Positions 40,250 to 51,888 of a stretch of 64,000 nucleotides of DNA are shown in pieces (position 1 is the stretch's first letter; each line of letters opens with the position of its first letter). The notes beneath the pieces are model-generated. The model was given only the letters and a program-made list of their open reading frames with translations, did not search any database and was not told where the DNA came from. This DNA comes from Alphaproteobacteria bacterium (lineage in GTDB: Bacteria > Pseudomonadota > Alphaproteobacteria > UBA828): positions 672,001-736,000 of the forward strand of contig CBDCQT010000010.1 of NCBI GenBank assembly GCA_965220745.1, given 5' to 3'. The position numbers and the translations under genes are program-made.

Positions 40250-42700
40250 CTACCTCGGGTTTAGAACCAGCGTCCCGAGCGCGTCCTCCTGCACGGCCGC
40301 GCGGTCGGTGAGCATGGGCAGGTACTCCCCGTCGCGCCAGGGCTCGGCGTAGTCCTCGTAGTAGGACGAGAGCGGGTTGCCGGACTGTCCCGTGCTGATG
40401 ACAAAGACCGAGTTCTCGGGCTCCCCTAAGTCGTAGACCGCGCGGTAGCCCGCGCCGTGGTTCTGCGCGAACGGCCTCTCCGGGTCGTCCACGTCGAAGC
40501 CACCAGCCTTCACCGTCTCCTTCTCGCCGCCCGTCGGCATGTTGACCTCGAACCATGAGCCGATGGCCGGCACCTCGCCCAGGATGCGGCTCTTCATGTG
40601 GACCGCGTGGGCCTCGCCCCAGCGCCAGTCCTCCATGTCGTGGCCGTAGGTGACCGCGAGGTATTCGAGCGAGACCTTGAGCGCCCGGCTCACGGCCTCG
40701 GCGCAGGTTTCCTCCACGCCTGCGGTGGTCACGTCGTCGCACCACTGTGGGCGCTCGCCGAGCGCGCGGTGGATCACCTCGGTGCGGATCTTCCAGTAGT
40801 CCTCGAACACGTCGCCCAGCTCGTCGGCGAAGAGCACGTGCATCAGCTCCCTGACCCACGCCATGTAGATGAGCGGCTCCGTGCGGTCCGGCTGCATGCC
40901 GTGGTCCCATGCGCCCAGCATGGCGAGCGCGGTGCGCATGGTGTCGTTCGAGGGCTCCGCGAGCCCCAGCAGCACCGGCGTGAGCCGCGCCGCAGCGAGC
41001 GACACCAGGTCCTGCTGGATCGCCGAAAAACTCGCCACGTCGTGCTTGGGTCGGGCGTCGAGCAGCGCCTCGATCCGGCGCGCGCGGTAGGGCGGGGTCC
41101 AGTCGTCGGTCAGGTAGTGGGGATAGTCGAGGGCGACCATCCGGTTGTTGGCGGTGACGATGCGGCCCGACGGCGGGTTGTGGTCCCCCGGCAGCGCCTC
41201 GATGGGCACGCGGTCCACCCAGTCGTGCTCGCCGGTCCAGCCCGGCACCGGCATATGCCCCTGGCCCGAGGCGCGGATCGGCACGTGGCCCGGCGCCACG
41301 TAGCCGATGTTGCCGTCGGCGTCCGCGAAGACCATGGTCTGCTGCGGCACGGCGAGGTCGCTCACCGCCTCGACGAAGCTCTCCCAGTCCTCCGCCCCGG
41401 TGGCGTTCACCAGCGCCTCGGCGCTCTTGTCGTCGTCCGCCAGCGCGGTCCACGAGAACGCGAGCACGTGGCCCGCCTCCAGGTACTCCTCGGTATCCTC
41501 CAGCACGTCGGAGACCACCGGCCCGTGACGCGTCTCGCGCACCTCAAGCTCGATGGGATCGCCCCCGCTCACCTCGATGGTCTCGGTGCGAACGTCGAAT
41601 TCGAGGCTCCCCTCCGGCGCGAGGTAGCGCGCGGGGTCGTCCGGGTCGATCCGCTCGATGAAGAGGTCCTGCACGTCCGGCCCCGTGTTGGTGAAGCCCC
41701 AGGCGAGATGCTGGGTGCGGCCCAGCAGTGGGAAGGGCAGCCCCGGCAGCGTCGCGCCCACCACCTCGAACTCGGGCGTCGAGACGTGGGCGAGGTACCA
41801 GACGCTCGGGATTTCGAGCCTCAGGTGCGGATCATTGGCCAGCAGCGGCTTGCCGGATTCCGTGTGCGCGCCGCTCAGCACCCAGGCGTTGGAGCCGAGC
41901 CCGGAGGCGCGCAGCGCCGGCACCGCGCCGTCCACCGCAGCGTCGAGCGCCGCGAAGTCGATGCCGGCGGGGTCGAAGGCCGGCGCCTCCCCATGCGGCC
42001 CCATGGGCGGGTCGTCCGGATGCAGGGCCCAGAGGTCCTGAAGCTGTTCCCGGTCGAGCTTGCCGGCAAGCCGCGCCCGCAGCAGCTCGTCGCTGAAGTT
42101 GTCGCCCAGGTCCCAGGCCATGATCTTGAGCCAGACCAGGCTGTCGGCGGGCCGCCAGGGCTCGGGCTCGTGGCCGAGCAGCACGAACTCCGGCGGCAGC
42201 ATCTCGGAGCGGGTCTCCAGATAGGCGTTCACGCCGGCGGCATAGGCCTCGTAGATCGCCTGCACCTCGGGCGCGAGCATCTCGAAGTTGCGCTCGGCGA
42301 CGCGGTAGAGGCCCAGCGTGCGCAGGAACCTGTCGGTCTCGATGCCGGGCTCCCCCACCACCGCCGCGAGCCGCGCCTGGCCGATCCTGCGCTGCAGCTC
42401 AAGCTGCCAGAGCCGGTCCTGCGCGTGGACGTAGCCCATGGCGAAGGCGCCGTCTCTCGGCGATTGGGCGTAGATGTGAGGGATCGCATGGGCGTCGCGG
42501 ACCACCTCCACCGGCGCATCGAGGCCGGAGACCTCCTCGGCGTCGTCGTAGGAGGGAAGCGCGAACCACGAGCAAGAGCCCGCAGCAAGCAGCACGCCGA
42601 GCAGCGCCAGCGCGCCGGCCGCCGCGCAATACGGCCGAAGTCGCCTGAGTGTGATGCCCTGCCGCCGCGAATCCCTGTCAAAGTTCGCGGCGCGCATCAC
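40250..42700 (-). CDS. Penicillin acylase (Ntn hydrolase, S45) family protein
   Basis: RDAHAIPHIYA, HAQDRLWQ, GSNAW, LANDPHL, GQSGNP. Confidence 0.95.
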   Translation of the reverse strand: MMRAANFDRDSRRQGITLRRLRPYCAAAGALALLGVLLAAGSCSWFALPSYDDAEEVSGLDAPVEVVRDAHAIPHIYAQSPRDGAFAMGYVHAQDRLWQLELQRRIGQARLAAVVGEPGIETDRFLRTLGLYRVAERNFEMLAPEVQAIYEAYAAGVNAYLETRSEMLPPEFVLLGHEPEPWRPADSLVWLKIMAWDLGDNFSDELLRARLAGKLDREQLQDLWALHPDDPPMGPHGEAPAFDPAGIDFAALDAAVDGAVPALRASGLGSNAWVLSGAHTESGKPLLANDPHLRLEIPSVWYLAHVSTPEFEVVGATLPGLPFPLLGRTQHLAWGFTNTGPDVQDLFIERIDPDDPARYLAPEGSLEFDVRTETIEVSGGDPIELEVRETRHGPVVSDVLEDTEEYLEAGHVLAFSWTALADDDKSAEALVNATGAEDWESFVEAVSDLAVPQQTMVFADADGNIGYVAPGHVPIRASGQGHMPVPGWTGEHDWVDRVPIEALPGDHNPPSGRIVTANNRMVALDYPHYLTDDWTPPYRARRIEALLDARPKHDVASFSAIQQDLVSLAAARLTPVLLGLAEPSNDTMRTALAMLGAWDHGMQPDRTEPLIYMAWVRELMHVLFADELGDVFEDYWKIRTEVIHRALGERPQWCDDVTTAGVEETCAEAVSRALKVSLEYLAVTYGHDMEDWRWGEAHAVHMKSRILGEVPAIGSWFEVNMPTGGEKETVKAGGFDVDDPERPFAQNHGAGYRAVYDLGEPENSVFVISTGQSGNPLSSYYEDYAEPWRDGEYLPMLTDRAAVQEDALGTLVLNPR

Positions 42701-43845
42701 GAGTCTCCGTCGACGATCGCCTGCCGGTGCTGGTCGAGCTCCGGCGCGGGCGGCCGTTCGGTCGGGTCTGGATAGCCCGAGAGCTTGATCGGGTTGCCTG
42801 CCATCTGCATCTCCCCTGCGACCGGGTCCTGGGCCCGGATCACCATGTTGCGCGCCGCCACCTGCGGGTCGGCGAGCACGTCATCCACCCTGTTGATCGG
42901 CGAGCACGGCACGCCCGCCTCCTCCAGCACCCTGAGCCAGTGCGCGGTCGGCTGCGCCGTCAGAATCGCCTCGAACTCCTGCTCCAGCGCGTCGATGTTG
43001 GCGTTGCGCGCGGGGTTGTCGACGAAGCGCGGGTCCTCGGCGAGGTCGGGCCGCTCAAGCGCGCTGCAAAGCGTCGCGAACAGCGTGTTGTTGCCGGCGG
43101 AGATGACCACGTAGCCGTCCGCCGTGGCGTAGGCCTGGAACGGCGTGATCGAGGGGTGGCGCGTGCCCAGCGGCCCCGGCACCTCGCCCGAGGCGAAGTA
43201 GCGCGCGAGCGCGTTCTCCAAGATCGCGACCTGGCAGTCGAGCATGGAGACGTCGAGCTTCACGCCCTCGCCCGTCATGGTCCGCCGATAGAGCGCGCCG
43301 TTGACCCCGATCGCCGTGAACAGCCCTGCCACGATATCGCCGACGGAGCTTCCCACCCGCGCGGGCGGCCCGCCGGGCTGGCCGGTCAGGCTCATGATGC
43401 CGCCCATGGCCTGCACCACCACGTCGTAGGCCGGCCGGCCGGCGTAGGGCCCGGTGTGGCCGAAGCCCGAGCAGGCTGCGTAGATCAGGCGCGGGAAGCG
43501 CTCGTGCAGCGCCTCCCAGCCGTAGCCCAGCCGCTCCATGGTGCCGGCGCGGAAGTTCTCGATCACCACGTCGGCGTCTGCCAGCAACTCCTCGAAGACC
43601 GCCCGGTCGCCCTCATCCTTGAGGTTGAGGGAGATGCTCTCCTTGCCGCGGTTGATCGACATGAAGTAGGCGGATTTTCCGCCCACGAAGGGGCCGAAGG
43701 CGCGGGAATCGTCGCCGCCCCCCGGCGTCTCCACCTTGATCACGCGAGCGCCGAGATCGGCCAGCACCAGGGTGCAGTAGGGCCCGGCGAGCACGCGCGT
43801 CAGGTCGATTACGGTGACGCCGTTGAGCGGTCCGTCCACGGTCAT
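42697..43845 (-). CDS. CaiB/BaiF family III CoA transferase
   Basis: DLTRVLAGP, LADLGARVIKVE, NRGKES, ENFR. Confidence 0.95.
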   Translation of the reverse strand: MTVDGPLNGVTVIDLTRVLAGPYCTLVLADLGARVIKVETPGGGDDSRAFGPFVGGKSAYFMSINRGKESISLNLKDEGDRAVFEELLADADVVIENFRAGTMERLGYGWEALHERFPRLIYAACSGFGHTGPYAGRPAYDVVVQAMGGIMSLTGQPGGPPARVGSSVGDIVAGLFTAIGVNGALYRRTMTGEGVKLDVSMLDCQVAILENALARYFASGEVPGPLGTRHPSITPFQAYATADGYVVISAGNNTLFATLCSALERPDLAEDPRFVDNPARNANIDALEQEFEAILTAQPTAHWLRVLEEAGVPCSPINRVDDVLADPQVAARNMVIRAQDPVAGEMQMAGNPIKLSGYPDPTERPPAPELDQHRQAIVDGDS

Positions 43846-43917
43846 CGCGATGCTTCCCTGTCTGGGTTCGGGAGTATACACGCGGCGGCCGCTGCGGGCC
43901 CCGCAAATGGGAGGGGA

Positions 43918-45072
<1,155 letters not shown>

Positions 45073-45151
45073 CTACACTGGCATCTAGGCACAAGCGGGC
45101 GGCGGGTCAACCGCGCAGGGTGCGCGGCAACACCGAATCCGGGAGGCGTTT

Positions 45152-46225
45152 ATGGAATTCTCGCTGATTCTCGTGCCGGCGGTCCGGGACGGCGACCCCG
45201 AGCCCTTCGATACGCTCATCGAGCAGGTGGAGGTCGCCGAAGAGCTCGGCTACGACGCGGTCTGGTTCACCGAGCACCACTTCAGCCAGTACGGCCGCGC
45301 GGCTGTGCCGGTGCTCGCGGCCCAGGCGATCGAGCGCACCTCCCGCATCCGCATCAGCACCGCGGTCGTGGTCCTGCCGTTCCAGCACCCGCTGCGCGTG
45401 GCGGAGGACTGGGCCACGCTGGACCACCTCTCCGGCGGCCGCGTCGATGTCGGGATCGGGCGCGGCAACCAGCCGGCCGAGTTCAAGGGCTTCGACGTGC
45501 CGATGGACGAGGCCGAGCAGCGCTTCAGCGAAGCGCTCGACATCCTCCGGCGCGCCTGGACCGAGGAGCGCTTCGCCTACGAGGGCCGGTTCTGGCGCTT
45601 CCCCGAGATCGAGGTCCTGCCCAAGCCCTTGACCAAGCCGCACCCGCCGCTCTGGCAGGCGGCGCTCAGCGACTACACCGTGCAGAAGGTCATCGATCGC
45701 GGCATCAACGGCCTGATCGGCCCCTATCTCTGCCCCTACGAGACCCTCAAGACCAACTACTTCGACGTCTGGCACCGGCTCTGCGCCCAATCCGGCCGCA
45801 CCGACCTGCGCATGACCCACAACGAGTTCGTCTACGTGGGCGAGAGCGACGCGGCGGTGAAGGCCGACATCGAGAACCATGTCATGTGGTACATCCGCAC
45901 CGCCGCCAAGATCTGGGGCGAGCGCGACCGCAGCAAGGTCGCCGCGCAATATGCGAACTACAACGACATCCTGGAATGGCTCGACGTGGTGCCGTTCGAG
46001 GAGGTCTACGACAACCTCGGCATGTTCGGCACGCCCGATGCGGTCGCCGAGAAGGTCCGCTGGATGCGGGACGAAGGCGGCGTCGGGCAGCTCATGAACT
46101 TCATGGGCTTCGGCGGCCTGAGCCAAGAGAAGGTGCTGCGCAACATGCGGCTCTTCGCCGAGGAGGTCATGCCCCGCTTCAAGCAGCCCGCACGCCCGGC
46201 CCAAGCCAGCGCCGCGCGGGGCTGA
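45152..46225 (+). CDS. LLM class flavin-dependent oxidoreductase
   Basis: WFTEHHF, HPLRVAED.ATLDHLSGGR, GRG, PKP..KPHPP. Confidence 0.93.
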   Translation: MEFSLILVPAVRDGDPEPFDTLIEQVEVAEELGYDAVWFTEHHFSQYGRAAVPVLAAQAIERTSRIRISTAVVVLPFQHPLRVAEDWATLDHLSGGRVDVGIGRGNQPAEFKGFDVPMDEAEQRFSEALDILRRAWTEERFAYEGRFWRFPEIEVLPKPLTKPHPPLWQAALSDYTVQKVIDRGINGLIGPYLCPYETLKTNYFDVWHRLCAQSGRTDLRMTHNEFVYVGESDAAVKADIENHVMWYIRTAAKIWGERDRSKVAAQYANYNDILEWLDVVPFEEVYDNLGMFGTPDAVAEKVRWMRDEGGVGQLMNFMGFGGLSQEKVLRNMRLFAEEVMPRFKQPARPAQASAARG

Positions 46226-46304
46226 ACCGCGCGATTCGACCAAACGGGATCGTACTCGGTTGCCGCGCGGTCCCTTTCGTGTACGCCATGCGGCCCTAAT
46301 TTCC

Positions 46305-46411
46305 CCCACCTCTCCCCGGCCCTCTCCGCCCCCAGGGGCGGAGAGGGAGAGTAGGCGGCGCCACCTACGTTCCCCCTCCGCCTTCGGGGGAGGGGGACAG
46401 GGGGAGGTGGG
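46305..46411 (+). repeat. Pyrimidine/purine-skewed palindromic repeat, copy 1
   Basis: CCCACCTC...CCCTCTCCGCCCCCAGGGGCGGAGAGGG...GAGGTGGG; inverted homolog at 51646-51844. Confidence 0.8.
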
Positions 46412-46466
46412 CGCCGTTCGGGTCGTGCTGATCCGGTGTGGTCGGATCGAGTCTTAGGGTAGCGGC

Positions 46467-47480
46467 TCAGCCGACGAAGCGGGTGAACGTGCGGAGCCAG
46501 TTTGCCCCGAGGATGCCGCTCACCTCGTCCTCGCCGTAGCCGCGCTCGAACAACCGGCCTGCGAGGTTGGGCAGCTCGGCGATGCCGCTCAGGCCTTCCG
46601 GATAGCTTTGGGTCACGAAGGCCTCGACCGGCCCGAAGATGTCGGGGCGGAGCGTGCGCCAGCGGACCGATTCCGGCAGCACGACCTTGGCCTCTTGATA
46701 GGCCTCGGTGAAATCGAGCCCGATGCCGATGTGCTCAGGCCCGACCAGCGCCCTGAAGTGGTCGATGTGGTCGATCAGCCGGTCGAGGGTCTGGTCCGCC
46801 GGGCTCACCGAGAGCGGCAGGCAGCAGGCGCCCATCATGCCACCTTTGGCGACGATGGCTTGCACGGTTTCGTCCTTGGTGTTGCGGTCGTTGGGCACGT
46901 GGTGCCAGGCGTTGGAATGGGTGCAGACCGGCGCGCGGGCGAGCGGCACCGCCTCGGCGCGGGAGCGGTGTCCGGTGTGGGAGAGGTCGAGGATCATCGG
47001 TGTCTCGTTCACCGCCGCGATCAGCTCCTCGCCGAGGAAGCTGAGGCCCGCGTCGCGCTTCTCGCCGCAGCCGTCGGCGAAGAGGGTGGCACCGGTATAG
47101 GCGAGGCCGAAGAAGCGGAAGCCCAGACGCGCGAGGATGCCGACGCGCGCAAGCTCCTTGCCGATCATGCTGGAGCCCTGCGTGCCGGGAACCACCGCGA
47201 GCCGGCCGGCCGCCAGTGCCGCCTCGATCTCCGCCCGGTTGCGGGCAAGCGCGAGCACGGGGCTGGCCTCGATCTTGCCAAAACCCTCGTCCACCGCGCT
47301 CATGGTCTGGTCCCAGGTGCTCTCCAGTGCGAAGGTCACGTTGCAGACGTTGACGCCGGCCTCCAGGCAGCGGGTCGCGTAGGGCTCGTCCAGCACGTAG
47401 AAGAGTCCGAGGCAGTCGAACACCGTGGCCGCCTGGGTGAAGGCGCCGGCATCGGACGCCTCCATATCAACCTTGGGCAT
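46467..47480 (-). CDS. Membrane dipeptidase (peptidase M19)-like protein
   Basis: ADGCGEKRDAGLS, DLSH, THSN, RNTKD, IGLDF. Confidence 0.88.
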   Translation of the reverse strand: MPKVDMEASDAGAFTQAATVFDCLGLFYVLDEPYATRCLEAGVNVCNVTFALESTWDQTMSAVDEGFGKIEASPVLALARNRAEIEAALAAGRLAVVPGTQGSSMIGKELARVGILARLGFRFFGLAYTGATLFADGCGEKRDAGLSFLGEELIAAVNETPMILDLSHTGHRSRAEAVPLARAPVCTHSNAWHHVPNDRNTKDETVQAIVAKGGMMGACCLPLSVSPADQTLDRLIDHIDHFRALVGPEHIGIGLDFTEAYQEAKVVLPESVRWRTLRPDIFGPVEAFVTQSYPEGLSGIAELPNLAGRLFERGYGEDEVSGILGANWLRTFTRFVG

Positions 47481-48894
47481 GTCCCGCTCCCAGATGACTG
47501 GCGATCGTGTCCAAGTTGCCCGCCCCGGCAAGCCCGTCGAGCGCTTCGAAGGCGGCCTCGTGTGCGGCGGGCGGCAGGGCGCGCGCCGCGCAGTCCACGA
47601 ACTTGGCGTGGAGCGCGTCGCGGCCGAGCGGCCTGCACGGATGGCCTCTCGGCTCCTGCACCGTGCGCGAGCGCTCATCCCCGTCCGCGAGCCGCACCGT
47701 GACCGTCGCCCGCAGCGTCACCGCGCCGACATTGGCACCGCCGGGCTGATCCGGGTCCGGGCGCATGCGGATCCTGGGGATCAGCGTGCGCACGTCCGGC
47801 CGCGCCAACGCGTCTTCGGCGAAGGCGTCGAGCGCGAGCCGGCCATCGACCAGCGCGCTCGCCAGCAGGTAGGGCAGGCTGAAGCGCGCCTGCATGGCAT
47901 CGGCGGGCGCGGTGTAGGGCAGGTTATGCGTCTCGATCTCCGCCACCAGCGCGTCGATCCCGACCACCGCCTGCGGCCCGAAGTCGCCGTCCCCCCGCAT
48001 ATCGAGCAGGGCATCGAGGGGGCGATGGACGCTGCCGCAACAGGGATAGACCTTCTGCCATAGGCCGTGGCGCTCGATCGCGGGCGGCACGCCGAAATCC
48101 GCGACCGCCGCCTCCATTCGCTCGCGCGGCACGCCGGCGAAGAGGTCGGCGAAACCGCGCGCGCCTTCGTAGGCGTCCGCCGCAGCGGTGATGCCGGACT
48201 CGGCCAGGGCCGCCGCCATGATCCCGTTCTTGGCCGCGAGTCCGGCGTGGAGCGGCTTCGCCATCGTGCCGAACTGCCGCTTGCTGCCGGAGGCGAGGCT
48301 GGTGGCGAGGCTGAGCGCGGCGGTGGACTTGGCGGCGTCGAGGCCGAGCAGCCGGGCGCAGGCGGCGGCAGCGGCGGGCGCGCCCAGGGTGGACGTGGTG
48401 TGCCAGCCCCTGAAGTAGTGGGCCGTGTTGAGCGCTTCGCCGAGCCGGGCCAGGACCTCCACACCCACGATGAAGGCGTCCACGCAGGCCGCGCCGTCAG
48501 CGTCCCGCTCCTGCCCGAGCGCGAGCAGGGCGGGCACCAGCACCGCGCTGACGTGGGCGTTGCTGATCTCCAGAATGTCGTCGTAGTCCAGCGCATGGGC
48601 CGCCGTGCCGTTGACCAACGCAGCCCAGGGTGCGGCGAGCCGATGCGGCGTACCGGCGACGGCCGTCCCCGCGACCGTCGCGCCGCCCGCGCCCCAGCGC
48701 GCGACGCCGGCATGGGCCGCGCGCGGGGCCGGATCGTCCGCGCCCGCCAGCATGCAGGCGACCGTGTCCACGAAAGCGCTCGCCGCGCGACGCTCTGCGT
48801 CCTCGCTCCACGTTCGCGGCGCCTCGGCAACCCAGCACCCGAGCCGGCGCGTCGCGCCGCTCGCAGCGTCTGCCCGTGCAGATGGGCTCGTCAC
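47467..48894 (-). CDS. MmgE/PrpD family protein
   Basis: NGTAAHALDYDD, GWHTT, KPLHAG, KVYPCC, FSLPY, PRGHP; AGGAGG RBS before GTG 48894. Confidence 0.92.
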   Translation of the reverse strand: MTSPSARADAASGATRRLGCWVAEAPRTWSEDAERRAASAFVDTVACMLAGADDPAPRAAHAGVARWGAGGATVAGTAVAGTPHRLAAPWAALVNGTAAHALDYDDILEISNAHVSAVLVPALLALGQERDADGAACVDAFIVGVEVLARLGEALNTAHYFRGWHTTSTLGAPAAAAACARLLGLDAAKSTAALSLATSLASGSKRQFGTMAKPLHAGLAAKNGIMAAALAESGITAAADAYEGARGFADLFAGVPRERMEAAVADFGVPPAIERHGLWQKVYPCCGSVHRPLDALLDMRGDGDFGPQAVVGIDALVAEIETHNLPYTAPADAMQARFSLPYLLASALVDGRLALDAFAEDALARPDVRTLIPRIRMRPDPDQPGGANVGAVTLRATVTVRLADGDERSRTVQEPRGHPCRPLGRDALHAKFVDCAARALPPAAHEAAFEALDGLAGAGNLDTIASHLGAGHAQG

Positions 48895-48938
48895 CCGCCT
48901 CCTCCTATCCTCGTCCGCGCCGATGGTACACCCGTGGC

Positions 48939-49088
48939 TTGGAGCGCGTCCGTTTTTCAAGGACGCGTGACAGGCCGCGACTGCGGCCCGCCGCGAAAGC
49001 GGCGCCCTCGCGGAGGCGTCGGCCGCTGGCCGGCTGCCGTGAGCGACAAAAGGCGAGAGCGTTTCCGTTTGAAACGGAAATGCTCTCG
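48939..49088 (+). repeat. TAGAGC-ended double-hairpin repeat, copy 2
   Basis: GAGCGCGTCC...GGCTGCCGTGAGCGACAAA...GAGAGCGTTTCCGTTTGAAACGGAAATGCTCTC. Confidence 0.85.
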
Positions 49089-49265
49089 CCGCCGCAATCG
49101 AGAGCGGCAGCGCGCTCGCCACTCTCTTGCCCCCCGTGCTACGGTTTGGGCCATCAGGCCGGGAGAGCCGTTTTACGTCATTCCGGTTGAGCGGCGTCGC
49201 GAAGGACGCCGAGAGCGCCTCCCGGCACAAGAAGCTCGATAACCGAGAACCAGGGAGTGCGGATC

Positions 49266-50660
49266 ATGAACGATCGTGATCATGAGGCGCGGCAATCGAT
49301 CGAGGCGCAGGTTGCGGCCGATCGAAAGAATTGGCTGACCCGGCGCCGGTTCCTGCAGGCGAGCGCGGCGGCGGCGGTCGGCGCCATCGCGGCGACCTAC
49401 GAGCCCAAGGAGGTCTTCGCCGACGTGGGCGGCCAGATCACCCTCTATTTCGCCGAGGGCAAGCGCTGGGGCGACACCCAGCGGGCGGTGCAGCCGCTCT
49501 TCAACAAGGTTTATCCCAATGTCGAGGTGAACTTCGCGGGACAGCCGATCTCGGACTTCTTCCAGACCGTGATCGCCCGCATGGCGGTCAAATCGGCGGA
49601 CTTCGACTGCACCTACATCGACTGGGGACGCTTCCCCGCCATCCACGCCACCGGCGCCATGGATTCGATCGAGGATCACCTAGCCAAGGATCCCGGCTGG
49701 CGCGACGACTACCTCACCGATGTGCCGAAGCAGGTCAGCGACCTCTATCGGATTCCGTCGGGCGATGGGGAGCTGCACGGACTCACCGACGATGGCAACG
49801 TCATGACCACCTTCTATCGCAAGGACGTCTTCGACGCGGCCGGCATCGCCCTGCCGATGAACTGGGACGACGCGATCAGCGCCGCGCAGGAGCTGCACGC
49901 GCCGGATCAGGACCAGTACGGCTTCGTCTCCTGCTTCCAGCGCGGCGCCTGGGCCGGCACCGTGTTCTGGGGCGTGCACGCGACCTGCGGCGGCTGGTGG
50001 TTCGACAAGATGGAGCCGGGCGGCTGGAACCCGGCCTTCGCGACCGACGCGGGCTACGAGGCGATGCGCGTCATCGAACAGCTCATGAAGTACGCGCATC
50101 CGGTCAGTGCCAACGCCACCGAGGACGAAGTGAACAAGTCCATGGCCAATGGCACGTCGGTCTATGGCCCGCTGAACTGGGGCACGGCGGTGCTGAACGA
50201 TCCGGGCTTCACCGAGTTCCACGAGGTGATCCATGTCGATCTGCCGCCCAAGGGCAAGAGCCCTGGCAGCGATCACAAGCCGCAGATGGGCGGGCTCGGG
50301 CAGTTCATCAATTCGGGCGGGGAGAACAAGGAGGCCGCGTTCGCCTGGATGCAGTACTTCAACTCGGGCGACTACACCGATCCCGCGATCGGCGACGCCA
50401 AGGTTGCGGCGGGCGCGCAGCCGGCGCGCGCCTCGATCCTGGCGCGCAATCAGGACCACAACTTCCTTGCGGGCCTCTACCGCGCCTTCCCGTACACGGT
50501 GCCCTATCTCATGCAGATCCCGGAGGCCAACGCCATCCAGGCGCTCATGGGCGAGGAGTGCGCCGATTTCGTCAATGGCGAGAAGGACATCGAAGCGGCG
50601 CTCAAGGCCATGGACGACCGCACCAGGCGGCTGATGGAGGACGGCGGCTATTACGGGTAG
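49266..50660 (+). CDS. Stand-alone ABC substrate-binding protein (CUT1), Tat-exported
   Basis: TRRRFLQ signal, FYRKDVF, NWDD; no adjacent permease. Confidence 0.88.
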   Translation: MNDRDHEARQSIEAQVAADRKNWLTRRRFLQASAAAAVGAIAATYEPKEVFADVGGQITLYFAEGKRWGDTQRAVQPLFNKVYPNVEVNFAGQPISDFFQTVIARMAVKSADFDCTYIDWGRFPAIHATGAMDSIEDHLAKDPGWRDDYLTDVPKQVSDLYRIPSGDGELHGLTDDGNVMTTFYRKDVFDAAGIALPMNWDDAISAAQELHAPDQDQYGFVSCFQRGAWAGTVFWGVHATCGGWWFDKMEPGGWNPAFATDAGYEAMRVIEQLMKYAHPVSANATEDEVNKSMANGTSVYGPLNWGTAVLNDPGFTEFHEVIHVDLPPKGKSPGSDHKPQMGGLGQFINSGGENKEAAFAWMQYFNSGDYTDPAIGDAKVAAGAQPARASILARNQDHNFLAGLYRAFPYTVPYLMQIPEANAIQALMGEECADFVNGEKDIEAALKAMDDRTRRLMEDGGYYG

Positions 50661-50806
50661 AGCGAGCCCGTCTTTCACGGGCTCGCTATAGGCCGCGACT
50701 GCGGCCCGCCGCGAATGCGGCGCGCCCGCGCAGGCGCCGGCTGCAGGCCGGCTGCCGTGAGCGACAAATGGCTAGAGCGTTTCGGTATGAGACGGAAACG
50801 CTCTGG
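50658..50806 (+). repeat. TAGAGC-ended double-hairpin repeat, copy 3 (starts at the TAG stop of the upstream gene)
   Basis: Aligns with copies 1, 2 and 4. Confidence 0.85.
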
Positions 50807-50906
50807 CGCGTCGGGCTGGCGCTCTATATAGCCATGTAACCGCGTCGGGGGGCCGGAGCGCGCAGCCCCGGCCTCCATGCGCCTGCCGTTTGAGGGAGGG
50901 AGAGAG

Positions 50907-51200
50907 ATGAGCGTGTTGGTGCTGGTGCGCGCGACCACGAAGCCGGGCAAGCGACAGGAAGTGGTCGAGATGCTCACGCCCTTCGTGGGCGAGAACCCCG
51001 GCTTGGAGGGCTGCTTGCGCGTCGAGCTTGTGATCGATGCCGTCGGGCCGGACCGGCTGATGATCGTCGAGGAATGGACCTCGGCGGAGGCGCACAAGGC
51101 CTCCCTCGCCTCCCTGGAGGAGGCCGGTGCGCTGGACGACTTCCTGGCGCTGCTCGCCGAGGCGCCCGTCCGCACCTACCACGCGCCGATCGAGACATGA
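50907..51200 (+). CDS. Antibiotic biosynthesis monooxygenase (ABM)-domain protein
   Basis: [19 protein letters not shown]. Confidence 0.8.
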   Translation: MSVLVLVRATTKPGKRQEVVEMLTPFVGENPGLEGCLRVELVIDAVGPDRLMIVEEWTSAEAHKASLASLEEAGALDDFLALLAEAPVRTYHAPIET

Positions 51201-51640
51201 GGGCGCTGATCCAGCGGGTCGCGCAAGCCCGCGTCGATATCGCAGGCGCGACCGTCGCCGAGATCGCCAACGGGATGCTGGTTCTGGTCTGCGCGATGCA
51301 GGGGGACGGCGACGAGCAGGCGCAGTTCCTCGCACGCAAGACCGCCAACCTGCGCATATTCGAGAGCGAGCCCGGCAAGATGAACCTCTCGGTTCTGGCG
51401 AGCGAAGGCAGCGCCCTCGTCGTGAGCCAGTTCACCCTTGCCGCCGATACGAGCCGCGGCAACCGGCCGGGCTTCTCCTACGCCGCCCCGCCGGACGAGG
51501 GCGAGCGGCTCTACGAGCTCTTCGCCGCCTCCCTCGCCGAGCACGGGGTGCCGGTCCAAACCGGCCGCTTCGGGCAGGAGATGCAGGTCCACCTGGTCAA
51601 CAACGGCCCGGTCACGATCTGGCTCGACACGGCCGCTTAG
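51197..51640 (+). CDS. dtd: D-aminoacyl-tRNA deacylase
   Basis: [26 protein letters not shown]. Confidence 0.97.
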   Translation: MRALIQRVAQARVDIAGATVAEIANGMLVLVCAMQGDGDEQAQFLARKTANLRIFESEPGKMNLSVLASEGSALVVSQFTLAADTSRGNRPGFSYAAPPDEGERLYELFAASLAEHGVPVQTGRFGQEMQVHLVNNGPVTIWLDTAA

Positions 51641-51645
51641 CGGCT

Positions 51646-51844
51646 CCCACCTCCCCCTGTCCCCCTCCCGACTCTTTTTATTTCCCTCAACGGCGGGCGC
51701 TCGCTCCGCTCGCTTGCCTACGCGCTTACGCGCGCGGCGCAGTCGCACCGTCCGGGCCTGCGGCCCGGCAGGGCGGAGGGGGAACGTGGGTGGCGCCGCC
51801 TACTCTCCCTCTCCTCCCCGCCGGGGAGGAGAGGGCCGGGGTGA
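51646..51844 (-). repeat. Pyrimidine/purine-skewed palindromic repeat, copy 2, with about 100 bp extra sequence
   Basis: Matches reverse complement of 46305-46411 except 51671-51770. Confidence 0.75.
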
Positions 51845-51888
51845 CGAGAGGGCCGGGTCGCCGTGATCCCGTGAGGTCGGGTAATGCT

